Position numbers and translations under genes: made by a program | Shown here: positions 1 to 9,231 of the stretch, one piece after another | Layout: every line of letters starts with the position of its first letter | How positions within the stretch are numbered: the stretch's first letter is position 1 | Notes under the pieces: generated by a model | The model's input: the letters and a program-made list of their open reading frames with translations, nothing else | Database searches by the model: none | What the model was told of the DNA's origin: nothing | NCBI GenBank assembly: GCA_031413515.1 | Contig: JANOFF010000155.1 | Location: forward strand, 117-64,116 | Length of the DNA stretch: 64,000 nt | Reading direction: 5' to 3' | Origin: a bacterium | GTDB taxonomy: Bacteria; Myxococcota_A; UBA9160; UBA4427

Positions 1-40
1 AGGCGAAGGGGCGAGTCGTCGGCGCGAATGGGTGCGGGGA

Positions 41-733
41 TCAGGGTGGCGCGGCGCGGCGTCGTTTGATGAATTGCCAGACGAGGATGCCGGCAATCAA
101 GGTGAGGGTGCCGGGGGCACGGTATTCCTCGATCAGGTCGAGGAACTGTGCGATCGGATCGCGGAAGGCGTCTGCGAACTCGTAGTAGAAGACGAGACGG
201 AAGAACAACGAGATCGTCGCCAGCGTGAGGTACGAGACGATCGGCATGCGCGAGATGCCCGCCAGCGTGCTGATCGTCGGGCCCGCCATCAGCAGCATGA
301 CGACCATCCCGCCGCGCTGGAACAGACGTTCGAGCCAGCGAAACCACGGCGCGAACCAGCCCGCGCGCGTCTCGATCCAGATCAGCGCGATCGGGCCGAG
401 GGCGCGTCCGAGGAAGTAGCAGGGCAGGTAGAAGGCGAGCCGTCGCAAGACGCCGATCAGCACGAAGGCGACAGGATCGACGCTCGGTGCGGTGAGCACG
501 AAGTGGCGTCCGAGCGGACTGAGCGCGATCAACAGCAGGGGCGCGCGCTCGACGAGATAGAGCGAGGACGCGACACCGATCAGCGAACCGGTGCTAAGCA
601 GCGCCAGCACCGCGAGACAGATCCGCACGATGCGGCGATTCTCGGCGCTGAGCGTCGCGGCCCGCTCGGGCGCATGTGCGCGGCCGTCGGGGTCATTCGC
701 GTCGTTGGATGCGATGGGCGTGAGCGGATGCAT
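41..733 (-). CDS. VTT/DedA (TVP38-like) family integral membrane protein
   Basis: ORF 41..778 (-) is multi-pass and hydrophobic. Start placed at internal Met (MHPLTP, 733) because the longer form would overlap the stop of the upstream hydrolase gene at 747. Family call rests on TM pattern only. Confidence 0.55.
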   Translation of the reverse strand: MHPLTPIASNDANDPDGRAHAPERAATLSAENRRIVRICLAVLALLSTGSLIGVASSLYLVERAPLLLIALSPLGRHFVLTAPSVDPVAFVLIGVLRRLAFYLPCYFLGRALGPIALIWIETRAGWFAPWFRWLERLFQRGGMVVMLLMAGPTISTLAGISRMPIVSYLTLATISLFFRLVFYYEFADAFRDPIAQFLDLIEEYRAPGTLTLIAGILVWQFIKRRRAAPP

Positions 734-746
734 GGGTGGCCGGCGC

Positions 747-1490
747 CTACCCGCGCAGTTCCTCGTCGAAGAGGGCAACGGTTCGCTTCCACGCGTCCGC
801 GGCAGACGCTGCGTGCCAGGTCGCGCGCTGGTCGCAATTGAAGCCGTGATCGGCGTCTTCGTAGACGATCACCTCGTTGCGGACTCCTGCAGCGGCGAGC
901 GCCTTGCGGACCGCGGCCACCTGATCCTGCGGAATCATCGCGTCCCGGCCACCGAAGTAGCAGTGGATGCGACCCTTGATTCCGGCGGTGCGAGACAGCG
1001 TCGAAGCCGCACCGCCCGGACCGACGGGAGCGGCGATGCCACCGCCATAGTACGAAGCGGTGGCCTTCACGTCGGTCGTGCAGGCAGTGAGGTACGTCAT
1101 GTGGCCGCCGATGCAGAATCCCATCGCGCCGATCCCCCGGCCGCCGACGTCATTGCGCGCCTTCAGGAAGGCGATCGCCGCCTTCGCGTCGCCGGTCATC
1201 TGATCCGCCTTCAGCTTGCCGAGGTGCTTCATGCCCTCCGCCATGCCGGACTGGTCGTAGCCGAGTTCGATGCCCGCGCCCGTGCGGTGGAAGTAGTCGG
1301 GAGCGAGGGCGACGAATCCTTCGGCCGCGATCTTCTCGGTGACGTCGCGGATATGGCTGTTGATCCCGAAGATCTCCATGTAGACGATCACCCCGGGAAG
1401 CACAGCCTTTCCGGTCGGACGCGCGAGATAGCCGGGCATGGTGGTTCCGTCTTCGAGGGGGATCTGCACTTTCTGTTTGTCGAGCGACAT
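747..1490 (-). CDS. dienelactone hydrolase family protein
   Basis: 247 aa. N-terminus (MPGYLARP...LPGVIVYMEIFG) and the nucleophile-elbow-like GFCIGG are typical of the family, with a C-terminal DHGF block. Confidence 0.85.
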   Translation of the reverse strand: MSLDKQKVQIPLEDGTTMPGYLARPTGKAVLPGVIVYMEIFGINSHIRDVTEKIAAEGFVALAPDYFHRTGAGIELGYDQSGMAEGMKHLGKLKADQMTGDAKAAIAFLKARNDVGGRGIGAMGFCIGGHMTYLTACTTDVKATASYYGGGIAAPVGPGGAASTLSRTAGIKGRIHCYFGGRDAMIPQDQVAAVRKALAAAGVRNEVIVYEDADHGFNCDQRATWHAASAADAWKRTVALFDEELRG

Positions 1491-1580
1491 CGGCTTGGCT
1501 CCGTTCCGGTTCAGGTGGGGGGACAGAAGGGTTCTCGTGTTCGGTCGTCGGACCGATCTCCCGGTGGCCTGCTCGACGTC

Positions 1581-2468
1581 TCACCGATCGCCAGACATGA
1601 TGAACTGCCGGCTCGTGACGACGGCCTTGCCGATCGCATCGAGTTCCGCGGCGGAGAGCTTCTGCTTCGCGGCCAGGATCAGCGCTCGCGTACAGATCGT
1701 GTCGACGCTGACTTGTTTGTCCCGGCCGAAGCCGATGATCGTCTTCTCGAATGTGTATACCGGCGAGCCGGTGCCGCGGACCGACATCGGAAGGTCGGCT
1801 CTCACGACCGGAATCAGAGCAAAGTCTTCACCGTTCTGCAGCACGATCTCGAGAGGAGTCGCGACTGCCATCGGTCGCTGCACCATCATGGCCGCGGTGG
1901 GTCCACTGGCGGCCTGGCCCGACTGAATCGCAAGCAATGCCTCGATGGTGCCCTGGTCGACGGCCTTCACTTTGGCGAGCCGGGTTTGCAGGCGAGTCAT
2001 GTTCGCCCATGTGATCGCAGCGCCGCTGCCCGTATCGCCGATCGAGATCGTCTGTCCGTCTCTGGCCGTCAGGTCCTCGAGGCTGTCGATCCCGCTGCTG
2101 CGGGGGACGACGATGAACGCGCACTCCTTGCCGGCATCGCCGATCTGAACGTAATTCTCCGCGAAATCCGGATGCGCGGCCAGATGGCTCTCCAGCGCGT
2201 CCGCCTGGGCGAGAGCGACATTGACCAGGCTGTCTGGATCGCCGAGTTCAGCGAGATTCGACATCGACCCGCTGCTCGCCACCACGTCGGTCGGAATGCC
2301 GTACTCGTTGTAAAGCACGACCCGGAGGCCGCGCGCAACTGCGTGGTAGTACCCGCCCTTCGTCCCCGACGCGATGACGACGCCGTCGGCATGTGCGCTC
2401 GTCGCGCCGACGCAGAGGATCGTGCAGGCGCTCGCGAACAGCCCAACCAAGCTCAGCCGAACTCGCAA
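1581..2468 (-). CDS. TAXI-family (TRAP-associated) periplasmic solute-binding protein
   Basis: ORF 1581..2636 (-) with a GTKGGYYHAVARGL block typical of TAXI receptors. A TTG at 2468 is preceded by AAGGGAG (2474-2480) and gives a clean signal peptide (RVRLSLVGLFASACTILCVGATSAHA). Alternative ATG start at 2567. Confidence 0.65.
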   Translation of the reverse strand: MRVRLSLVGLFASACTILCVGATSAHADGVVIASGTKGGYYHAVARGLRVVLYNEYGIPTDVVASSGSMSNLAELGDPDSLVNVALAQADALESHLAAHPDFAENYVQIGDAGKECAFIVVPRSSGIDSLEDLTARDGQTISIGDTGSGAAITWANMTRLQTRLAKVKAVDQGTIEALLAIQSGQAASGPTAAMMVQRPMAVATPLEIVLQNGEDFALIPVVRADLPMSVRGTGSPVYTFEKTIIGFGRDKQVSVDTICTRALILAAKQKLSAAELDAIGKAVVTSRQFIMSGDR

Positions 2469-2662
2469 TCTGGCTCCCTTGCTGCTTTCTCGAAGTCTGC
2501 TCCCGGATCTGCACGACGACTCGCGCGTCCGCCTCCGCTCGAGCCGATTCCATCGAGAGTTCGCCATGATATCGTGTCGAATGCGGCTGGCCGGTTGATC
2601 GCGTCGCACGATCGAATCCAGCGCGGTCAGGATCACGAGGCGCCGAGATCCGGAGGAGCGGG

Positions 2663-3037
2663 ATGATCACGAAGGGTGCGCACCACGTCTCGCTCGACGT
2701 CCATGATGTCGAAGTCTCGAGGCTCTTCTATGGGGGCCTGCTCGGACTGCCCGAGATCGCCCGGCCGGACATCGGGCTGCCCGGTGCCTGGTATCAGGCG
2801 GGAGCGGTCCAGCTGCACCTGATCGAAGTACCCGCCGGTGTCGATGTCGGTCAGCCGGCGAAGACCCCGACGCCACTGGCCAACCATCTGGCCTTCGAGA
2901 TCGAAGACTGCGCGGCAGTCCAGGCCGAACTCGAGGCCGCTGGACATCGCGTGATCGCGCTCGGTCGTCGGACCGGTCAGCTCTTCGTCGCCGATCCGGA
3001 TGGCAACATGATCGAGTTCATCCAACCGCCCAGCTGA
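2663..3037 (+). CDS. VOC/glyoxalase-bleomycin resistance family protein
   Basis: 124 aa. HHVSLDV...NHLAFEI...DPDGNMIEF is the classic paired beta-alpha-beta-beta-beta metal-ligand pattern. Confidence 0.8.
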   Translation: MITKGAHHVSLDVHDVEVSRLFYGGLLGLPEIARPDIGLPGAWYQAGAVQLHLIEVPAGVDVGQPAKTPTPLANHLAFEIEDCAAVQAELEAAGHRVIALGRRTGQLFVADPDGNMIEFIQPPS

Positions 3038-3211
3038 CGCCTCGCCCCGGCCGCGGTCCCGATCGGTTGCGCCAAGAACCGCGCAGGTTCGGTCTACCCC
3101 GCCGCACCCCGGCGCGACCCCGACCCGGGCGAGTCGACCCCGAACTGGTTCACCCGTCCTCGATCCAGCCAGCCCGGCCGTGGGCCGAGTCTGTTTCAGG
3201 CGACTGTAATC

Positions 3212-3240
3212 TTGCACAGGACTGTAGATTCGGGTAGAAG
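3212..3240 (+). promoter_or_regulatory. candidate sigma70-type promoter for the TetR-Rieske-amidohydrolase operon
   Basis: Locally AT-richer patch: TTGCAC (3212-3217), 17-nt spacer, TAGAAG (3235-3240), 8 nt before the ATG at 3249. The direct repeat GACTGTA at 3202-3208 and 3220-3226 could be an operator. Confidence 0.25.
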
Positions 3241-3248
3241 TCCCGGCG

Positions 3249-3902
3249 ATGACGCACCCCCTGATTCCCGATCCGACCGACCTCGGCCGCCGAGAGCGCC
3301 GCAAGCTCGAGTTGCGCAAGCGGATCCTCGAGGTCTCGAGTTCGCTGTTCGCCGAGCAGGGTGTCGAAGCCACCAAGGTCCACGACATCTGCGGCCGGGC
3401 GGACATCGCGGAGAAGACCTTCTTCAACCACTTCCCGTCGAAGCGGCACCTGATGCGCGAGATCGCGCAGGAAGGGGTCGGCCAGCTGTTGATCGACATC
3501 GAGGCCATCCGCAAGCGCCCGATCTCGAGTGCCGAGCGCATCCGACTCTTCTTCGAACACGTGGCCGACAATGCTCTGATGGCCGGCCCGATGCAGCGTG
3601 AGCTGCTGACCGAGATGATCCACGTCGCGCACGAGACGGGCACCGGGCACGAGCAGGCCCAACTGCTGCACGCGGCCTTCGGAGCGCTGATCGCCGAGGG
3701 GGTCGCGGCCGGTGATCTGACCGCACGCCACCTCCCCGGAACCCTGACCGAGATGCTGATGGGGGCGTTCTACGTCCTGATGTTCAATTGGGCGAATCTC
3801 GACGCCTACCCGATTCGGGAGCGCGCCCGGGCCACCGCGAAGTTCGTCGCCGAGTCGATGGCGGAACCAGGCGATGCGCCGAACCGACCCCGGACCGGCT
3901 GA
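3249..3902 (+). CDS. TetR/AcrR family transcriptional regulator
   Basis: 217 aa with an N-terminal HTH block (RKRILEVSSSLFAEQGVEATKVHDICGRADIAEKTFFNHFPSKRHL). Confidence 0.85.
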   Translation: MTHPLIPDPTDLGRRERRKLELRKRILEVSSSLFAEQGVEATKVHDICGRADIAEKTFFNHFPSKRHLMREIAQEGVGQLLIDIEAIRKRPISSAERIRLFFEHVADNALMAGPMQRELLTEMIHVAHETGTGHEQAQLLHAAFGALIAEGVAAGDLTARHLPGTLTEMLMGAFYVLMFNWANLDAYPIRERARATAKFVAESMAEPGDAPNRPRTG

Positions 3903-3924
3903 GTATGGGGCGACCGAAGTGGGC

Positions 3925-4890
3925 ATGGAGGCAAGACGCATGATCGACGAAAACGTTCCCGGCATTCCCAATGGCTGGTACGCGGTGGCATGGAGCACGG
4001 ACGTGAGCCCCGGCGAGGTGAAGCGCATCCGCTACTTCGGCGAGGAACTCGCGCTGTTCCGCACACGCACCGGGGCCGCACGCGTGGTCTCGGCCTACTG
4101 CGCCCACCTCGGTGCGCATCTCGCCGAGGGCGGACGCGTCGCTGGCGAGACGATCCGCTGTCCGTTCCACGCATGGATGTACGACGGGCAATCGGGCAAG
4201 TGCGTGAAGATCCCGTACTGCGATCGCATCCCCGCCAAGGCGAAGGTGCGGGCCTGGGACGTCGTCGACCGCAACGGAATGATCTTCGTATGGCACCACG
4301 GCGACCAGGCCGCTCCCGACTGGGAGGTCCCCGAGATCCCGCAGCTCTCCGATCCGGATTGGTGCGAACCGCGCACTTTCGAGATCGAGGTGCCCGTCCA
4401 CTTGCAGGACATGGCGGAGAACAACCTCGACCCGGTCCACTTCCACGTGGTGCACTCGGCGTTGAACGTTCCCGACACGGAGCTGAGTTTCGGCGACGAA
4501 GGTCGGTTCATGCGCGCGGTCAGCTACAGCGATCAAGAGACCCCGTTCGGCACCTTCAAGATGGAACTGCTGCGGGATACCTGGTGCATCGGCATGTCGA
4601 GTGTCGAGAGCAAAGGCATCCCGGGTGTCGGCCTCTACATGTTCTCGTCGACTTCACCGATCGATCGGCACCACACGATCTCGCGCTGGGCGCTGACGGC
4701 GACCAAGAACACGGTCGACTCGGCGGGCGAGGATTGGTTCGACGGCGTGACCAAGGGCGTGTCCGACGACATCCGGATCTGGACCAACAAGATCCACCGC
4801 GCCGAGCCGGTCCTGTGCGATGCGGACAAGCTGCTCGGCGAGTTCAGGCGCTGGACGAAGCAGTTCTACTCGAATCCCCCGCGCAGCTGA
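3925..4890 (+). CDS. Rieske [2Fe-2S] non-haem iron oxygenase (KshA-like single-subunit type)
   Basis: Rieske motif CAHLGAHL...CPFHAWMY. Start moved to MEARRM (3925), just after the TetR stop; the ORF opens at 3874. Confidence 0.85.
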   Translation: MEARRMIDENVPGIPNGWYAVAWSTDVSPGEVKRIRYFGEELALFRTRTGAARVVSAYCAHLGAHLAEGGRVAGETIRCPFHAWMYDGQSGKCVKIPYCDRIPAKAKVRAWDVVDRNGMIFVWHHGDQAAPDWEVPEIPQLSDPDWCEPRTFEIEVPVHLQDMAENNLDPVHFHVVHSALNVPDTELSFGDEGRFMRAVSYSDQETPFGTFKMELLRDTWCIGMSSVESKGIPGVGLYMFSSTSPIDRHHTISRWALTATKNTVDSAGEDWFDGVTKGVSDDIRIWTNKIHRAEPVLCDADKLLGEFRRWTKQFYSNPPRS

Positions 4891-4908
4891 GCCGGACGGA
4901 GTCATTGC

Positions 4909-6096
4909 ATGGATCGCTATGTCGTCATCTCGTCGGATTGTCACGCGGGACTGCCACCCGAGAAGTACCGCGACTATGTCGACCCCAGGTATCGTGACGC
5001 ATTCGATATCGCGCTCCCGATCCAGATCGACGCCACTCTGGCCGCGGCCAAGAAGTTCCTCGTCGCGGATATCAACACGGAGTGGCGGAAGGGTCAGGAC
5101 GTGGGGCTGAGCGGCGCCTGGGACCACGATCAGCGCATCAAGGTGCTCGACGGCGACGGCATCGCGGGCGAGATCATCTATCCCGACGGCATCACCGAGA
5201 TGAACATGCCGCCGTTCGGTGCCGGCATCTCACTGCCGACCGACGGCGTCGTGCCGGAACTCCAGTGGGCTGGCGCGCGAGCGCACAATCGCTGGCTGGC
5301 CGAGCTGTGTCAGATGGCACCGGAGCGACGCGCCGGCATCGCGATCGTGCCGCTGCTGTGGGACGTCGCGGAGGGCATCAAGGAGCTTCGCTGGGCGAAG
5401 CAGAACGGACTGCGCGGCGTGATGCTGCCCCCGATGTGGGGCAAGCTCGACGCCTACCACCATCCCAAGTACGACGCCTTCTGGGCCGAGTGCCAGGAAC
5501 TCGGCATGGTGATCAGCTTCCACTCCGGGCCCGCGCCGATGAACGACTACGGCGACCACACCGGCATGATGGGCATCTACATCAGCGAAGTGGCGTGGTG
5601 GAACGCACGGCCGCTGACGTTCCTGATCTGGGGAGGTGTGTTCGAGCGCTTCCCGAAGTTGCGCGTGACCATCACCGAGGGCACGGCGGTGTGGGTGCCC
5701 GAGTATCTGCGCCTGCTCGATTTCCGCTATGCGGACACGCCCTACAGCGCGAAGCTCGGCGACTACACGAGCCACATGTCGATGAAACCCTCCGAGTACT
5801 TCGCCCGCAACGTGCTGATCGGAGCCTCGTGCATGCCGCGCCGCGAGGCCGAGATGCGCCACGAGATCGGTGTCGGCTGCATCGCGTGGGGAAGCGACTA
5901 TCCGCATCCGGAGGGCAGCTGGCCGCATACGCGCGAGCAGATGACCGAGACATTCATGGACATCCCCGAGCATGAGCTCGCCGCGATGCTCGGTGGCAAT
6001 GCGGCCGAGTGCTTCGGATTCGACATCGGGAAGCTCGCTCCCCTGGCGGCACGGATCGGCCCGGAGAAGAGCCGCTTCCGTTCCGGGGGTGTGTGA
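4909..6096 (+). CDS. amidohydrolase-2 (ACMSD/metal-dependent hydrolase) family protein
   Basis: 395 aa. N-terminal VISSDCHAG metal-binding start and a C-terminal WGSDYPHPEG block are typical of the amidohydrolase_2 family. Confidence 0.8.
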   Translation: MDRYVVISSDCHAGLPPEKYRDYVDPRYRDAFDIALPIQIDATLAAAKKFLVADINTEWRKGQDVGLSGAWDHDQRIKVLDGDGIAGEIIYPDGITEMNMPPFGAGISLPTDGVVPELQWAGARAHNRWLAELCQMAPERRAGIAIVPLLWDVAEGIKELRWAKQNGLRGVMLPPMWGKLDAYHHPKYDAFWAECQELGMVISFHSGPAPMNDYGDHTGMMGIYISEVAWWNARPLTFLIWGGVFERFPKLRVTITEGTAVWVPEYLRLLDFRYADTPYSAKLGDYTSHMSMKPSEYFARNVLIGASCMPRREAEMRHEIGVGCIAWGSDYPHPEGSWPHTREQMTETFMDIPEHELAAMLGGNAAECFGFDIGKLAPLAARIGPEKSRFRSGGV

Positions 6097-6103
6097 CGAC
6101 TCG

Positions 6104-7090
6104 CTAGTCGACCCCGCGCGGGCTCGGCGGCAGGAGTCCGGCCAGGACGGACGTGTCGAGGTTTCCCCCGGTCAGCATCAATCCGACTCGCTTGCCCCGC
6201 ATTGCGTCGCGCTCGGCGAGCAGCGCGGCCAGGGGCGCTGCACCGGCGCCCTCGGCGAGCTGGTGGATGTCGCGCAGGATGTGGCGGATGGCGTCCCGGA
6301 TGGCGTCGTCGTCGACGCGCACGATGCGGGCGACGTGGCGCTGCAGCGTGTCGAGCGCGTCGGGATGGGGAACGCGCACCGCGAGGCCATCGGCCATCGT
6401 GTCTGCCGACGCGGTCTCCGTCGGCGCACCGCGCTCGAGCGAGCGCGCGTAGGCGTCCGCCCGGGCCGCGACGACGCCGATGATCTCGGTGCGCAGGCCG
6501 AGCGCTTCGCGGGCCGAGATCGCAGCGAGGATTCCCGAGCCGAGCCCGATCGGGACGTACAGCGCGTCGAGCCGGTCCACCGCCCGGAAGAGCTCCCGGG
6601 CCGCAGTCGCGACGCCCCGGACCAGCAGCGGATCGAGTGAGGGCACGAACACGCTGCCCGGACGGGCGGCCAGGCTTCGGGCGTGCACGAGGGCCTCGTC
6701 GAAATCCCGACCGTGCTCGATCAGGCGGGCCCCGTAGCTGCGCATCGCGTCATTCTTCTCCGGGCTGTTGCCGCGGGGCACCACGATCGTGGCGGTGGCA
6801 CCGAGGCGGCGCGCCGCATATGCGACGCTCTGGCCATGATTGCCCCGGGTCGCGGCGATCAACGCCCCGGCATCCGGGTGCGCGGCCGCGAAGCTGAGTC
6901 CGCCTCGGACCTTGAAGGACCCGGTCGGGAGGTGGTTCTCGTGCTTGATCCAGACTTCGCAACCGGCGCGCCGATTGATGAGAGGCCACGAGATCTGCGG
7001 AGTGGGGTCCAGCGCGGCATAGACGTGGGCCTCGGCCCACGTGATCTCGCTCGCCGTCACCAGCATCTCTCTCCTCGACAGAGCCGCCAT
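6104..7090 (-). CDS. PLP-dependent threonine/serine dehydratase (no regulatory ACT domain)
   Basis: C-terminal 328 aa of ORF 6104..7987, with PLP-lysine motif GSFKVRGG and a GLGSG loop. Start at MAALSRR (cat at 7088-7090); the upstream part of the ORF is low-complexity run-on. Confidence 0.85.
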   Translation of the reverse strand: MAALSRREMLVTASEITWAEAHVYAALDPTPQISWPLINRRAGCEVWIKHENHLPTGSFKVRGGLSFAAAHPDAGALIAATRGNHGQSVAYAARRLGATATIVVPRGNSPEKNDAMRSYGARLIEHGRDFDEALVHARSLAARPGSVFVPSLDPLLVRGVATAARELFRAVDRLDALYVPIGLGSGILAAISAREALGLRTEIIGVVAARADAYARSLERGAPTETASADTMADGLAVRVPHPDALDTLQRHVARIVRVDDDAIRDAIRHILRDIHQLAEGAGAAPLAALLAERDAMRGKRVGLMLTGGNLDTSVLAGLLPPSPRGVD

Positions 7091-7543
7091 TTGCCGCGCT
7101 TCGCGAGCTGCTCTCGCCCACGAGTCGTTTTCGATAACGATCGCTCGGCCGATCAGCGACCCGGTTCGAAGCGCGAACCTATCACGGGAGAGGGCTGCGG
7201 CGAGGCCGGTGCTCGGGCCTTCCAACCCGGCCGTCGGCGGCTCGAATGCGCTCTGCCGCGCAGGCCTCGAGACGCCCTCATCGCACGCATGGAGCGAGTC
7301 TTCGTCCGGTCGCGATTGATGCTCTCGATGTCTTGACGCCCGCGCTTCGCGTAGGCTATCCCCCGAGCCGGGGGAAATGGCGCCGGGACGGTGGTATTCG
7401 GCTCTGATGGTGGCCCCGCGAGTCCGCCCGCCCGCCCGATCGCCGCAGCGATCGGTTGCAGTATCCCCGTCCTTCATGGCGCAAGCCAGCATGTAATCTC
7501 CGGCCGCAGCTCCAACCCCCGGATCGCACTTGGCGATTCGGGA

Positions 7544-8215
7544 ATGCAGCGAGAATCGAGAATACTCTTGACCAGGAATTTCGTCGCTCTGGCAGCCGCT
7601 CTCGTCGCGGGCTCGATCGTCCTTCCGGGCGTGACGCTCGCCGATGATGCCGCGCGGGGTCAGGCCCTGTACGAACTGTGCTCCCAATGTCACGGGGCCA
7701 ATGCCGGTGGGATGGAGATGTCGCTGGCGCCCGCCATCGCGGGCCTCGACGCGTGGTATATCGAGTCGCAGCTCAAGATGTTCAAGAGTGGGGCTCGGGG
7801 TCTGCATCCCGATGACGTCGGCGGCATGCGGATGCATCCGATGTCTCGCTGGCTGCGAGACGAAGCCGACATGGCCGCCGTCGCAGCGTTCGTCGCGAGC
7901 CTGCCGTCTGTCGCGCCGATCCCCGTGGTGCAGGGGGGCAACGCAGAAACCGGGAAGTCCTTCTATCAGACCTGCCTTGCGTGCCACGGTCCGGAGGGCC
8001 AGGGCAACCAGGCGATGAACGCACCGCCGCTTCGGAACATGAGCGACTGGTACCTGGTTGGAGCACTCGAGAAGTACAAGGCGGGAATCCGCGGCAGTGA
8101 TCCGGCGAACACGAACGCGGTCCTGATGCGCGGCATGTCCAACATCCTGCCGAACGAGCAGGCGATCAAGGACGTCGTGGCGTACATCGACACGCTCGCG
8201 ACAGCCGAGCGCTGA
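7544..8215 (+). CDS. dihaem c-type cytochrome (c4-like), exported
   Basis: Two CxxCH sites (CSQCH, CLACH). The signal peptide begins at MQRESRILL (ATG 7544); the ORF opens at 7391. Confidence 0.85.
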   Translation: MQRESRILLTRNFVALAAALVAGSIVLPGVTLADDAARGQALYELCSQCHGANAGGMEMSLAPAIAGLDAWYIESQLKMFKSGARGLHPDDVGGMRMHPMSRWLRDEADMAAVAAFVASLPSVAPIPVVQGGNAETGKSFYQTCLACHGPEGQGNQAMNAPPLRNMSDWYLVGALEKYKAGIRGSDPANTNAVLMRGMSNILPNEQAIKDVVAYIDTLATAER

Positions 8216-8288
8216 TCCCTACCGCCGCTCGCGGCCCGGCGCTTTCGACCCGATCTCTGCGCAAAGACAGCCGAAAGAGAGAACGAAA

Positions 8289-8393
8289 ATGGCCAAAGCC
8301 TACCAGCCCGAAGACCTCGCGAAGAGGATCTTCTACATCAGCATGACCGGCGTCGGTGCCTTCATTGCCACCGTCTTCCTCTTCATCCTCTGA
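8289..8393 (+). CDS. 34-aa single-TM micro-protein in the cox operon (not in the ORF track)
   Basis: ATG 8289, TGA 8391-8393: MAKAYQPEDLAKRIFYISMTGVGAFIATVFLFIL. One hydrophobic helix; third codon positions are almost all C/G, as in the flanking genes. Confidence 0.45.
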   Translation: MAKAYQPEDLAKRIFYISMTGVGAFIATVFLFIL

Positions 8394-8399
8394 AACGAA

Positions 8400-8419
8400 G
8401 GGGAGCGAACGCTCTCCCC
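8400..8419 (+). other. GC-rich hairpin just after the micro-ORF
   Basis: GGGGAG...CTCCCC 6-bp stem, 7 nt after the stop at 8393. No T-tract. Possible intra-operon stability or attenuation element. Confidence 0.25.
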
Positions 8420-8518
8420 ACCAGCATCCCACAGGCCCTCCACCCATCGGGCGCTCCGTCACCTCCTGGACGAGTAGACGAGCAGGCGAACGATGCCGAT
8501 CGACCGGGACACAGACGA

Positions 8519-9229
8519 ATGATCGAGTACTTCCTGCCACAGGGCTCCAGCTACGCGGCCCACGTCGATGATCTGATCAACCTGATCGCCGTCCTCGTGG
8601 GATTCTGGTTCTTCCTCAGCTTGGGGACCTTCTTCTGGCTGATCTTCCGCTACCGGGCGAAGGATGGTCAGAAGGCCGAGTACATCACCGGTGAAGAGAA
8701 GACCCAGAAGCGCTGGATCACGATCCCGCATCTGCTGGTGCTGGTCTGCGATGTATTCATCATCGTCGGCGCGGTGAACGTGTGGTTCGAGATCAAGCAG
8801 TACCTCCCGCCCTCGGAGCAGACGATCCGGGTGATCGGTCAGCAGTGGGCCTGGACCTTCGTGCATCCCGGTCCCGACGGGAAACTCGACACCGCCGATG
8901 ACATCGCGAAGGCAAGCGAACTGCACGTCCAGAAGGACGTGAACTACCACTTCAAGCTCGAGAGCATGGACGTCCTGCACGATTTCTCGGTGCCGGTCTG
9001 GCGGCTCAAGCAGGACGCGATCCCGGGTCGCGTGATCACCGGCTGGTTCCAGCCGACGCTCGAGGGCGACTTCGACATCCAGTGCGCCGAGATCTGCGGC
9101 ATCGGACATGGTCTGATGGCAGCCCGGGTGTACGTCGAGAGCGAGTCGAATCACGCCGCCTGGATGGCCAGTGAGTCACCCGTGGCGCTGGCTTCCGCCG
9201 GCGTGCCGCCGATCGCGGTGGAGGAATAG
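8519..9229 (+). CDS. coxB: cytochrome c oxidase subunit II (CuA, no fused haem c)
   Basis: Two N-terminal TM helices. CuA site HDFSVP...CAEICGIGHGLM. Confidence 0.9.
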   Translation: MIEYFLPQGSSYAAHVDDLINLIAVLVGFWFFLSLGTFFWLIFRYRAKDGQKAEYITGEEKTQKRWITIPHLLVLVCDVFIIVGAVNVWFEIKQYLPPSEQTIRVIGQQWAWTFVHPGPDGKLDTADDIAKASELHVQKDVNYHFKLESMDVLHDFSVPVWRLKQDAIPGRVITGWFQPTLEGDFDIQCAEICGIGHGLMAARVYVESESNHAAWMASESPVALASAGVPPIAVEE

Positions 9230-9231
9230 AT

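Noticed and set aside
591-2666. 691-aa ORF on the plus strand
   Set aside because: It lies antisense to two well-supported genes (dienelactone hydrolase, TAXI binding protein). Its translation is Arg/Gly/Ala/Asp-rich low complexity with no recognisable domain. This is a typical stop-poor antisense frame in GC-rich DNA.
7163-7179. tRNA-like GGTTCGAA motif in the 450-bp spacer upstream of the cytochrome c gene (also GAGTTCGAATCC at about 48851)
   Set aside because: The first is just a 6-bp hairpin (GGTTCG-AAGCG-CGAACC) with no acceptor, D or anticodon arms around it. The second lies inside a coding region with no complementary T-stem. Neither is a tRNA.
7091-7987. N-terminal 299 codons of ORF 6104..7987, upstream of the dehydratase domain
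   Set aside because: This part is low complexity and overlaps the cytochrome c gene on the other strand. The dehydratase family begins near the Met at 7090. Treated as a run-on ORF, not a fusion.
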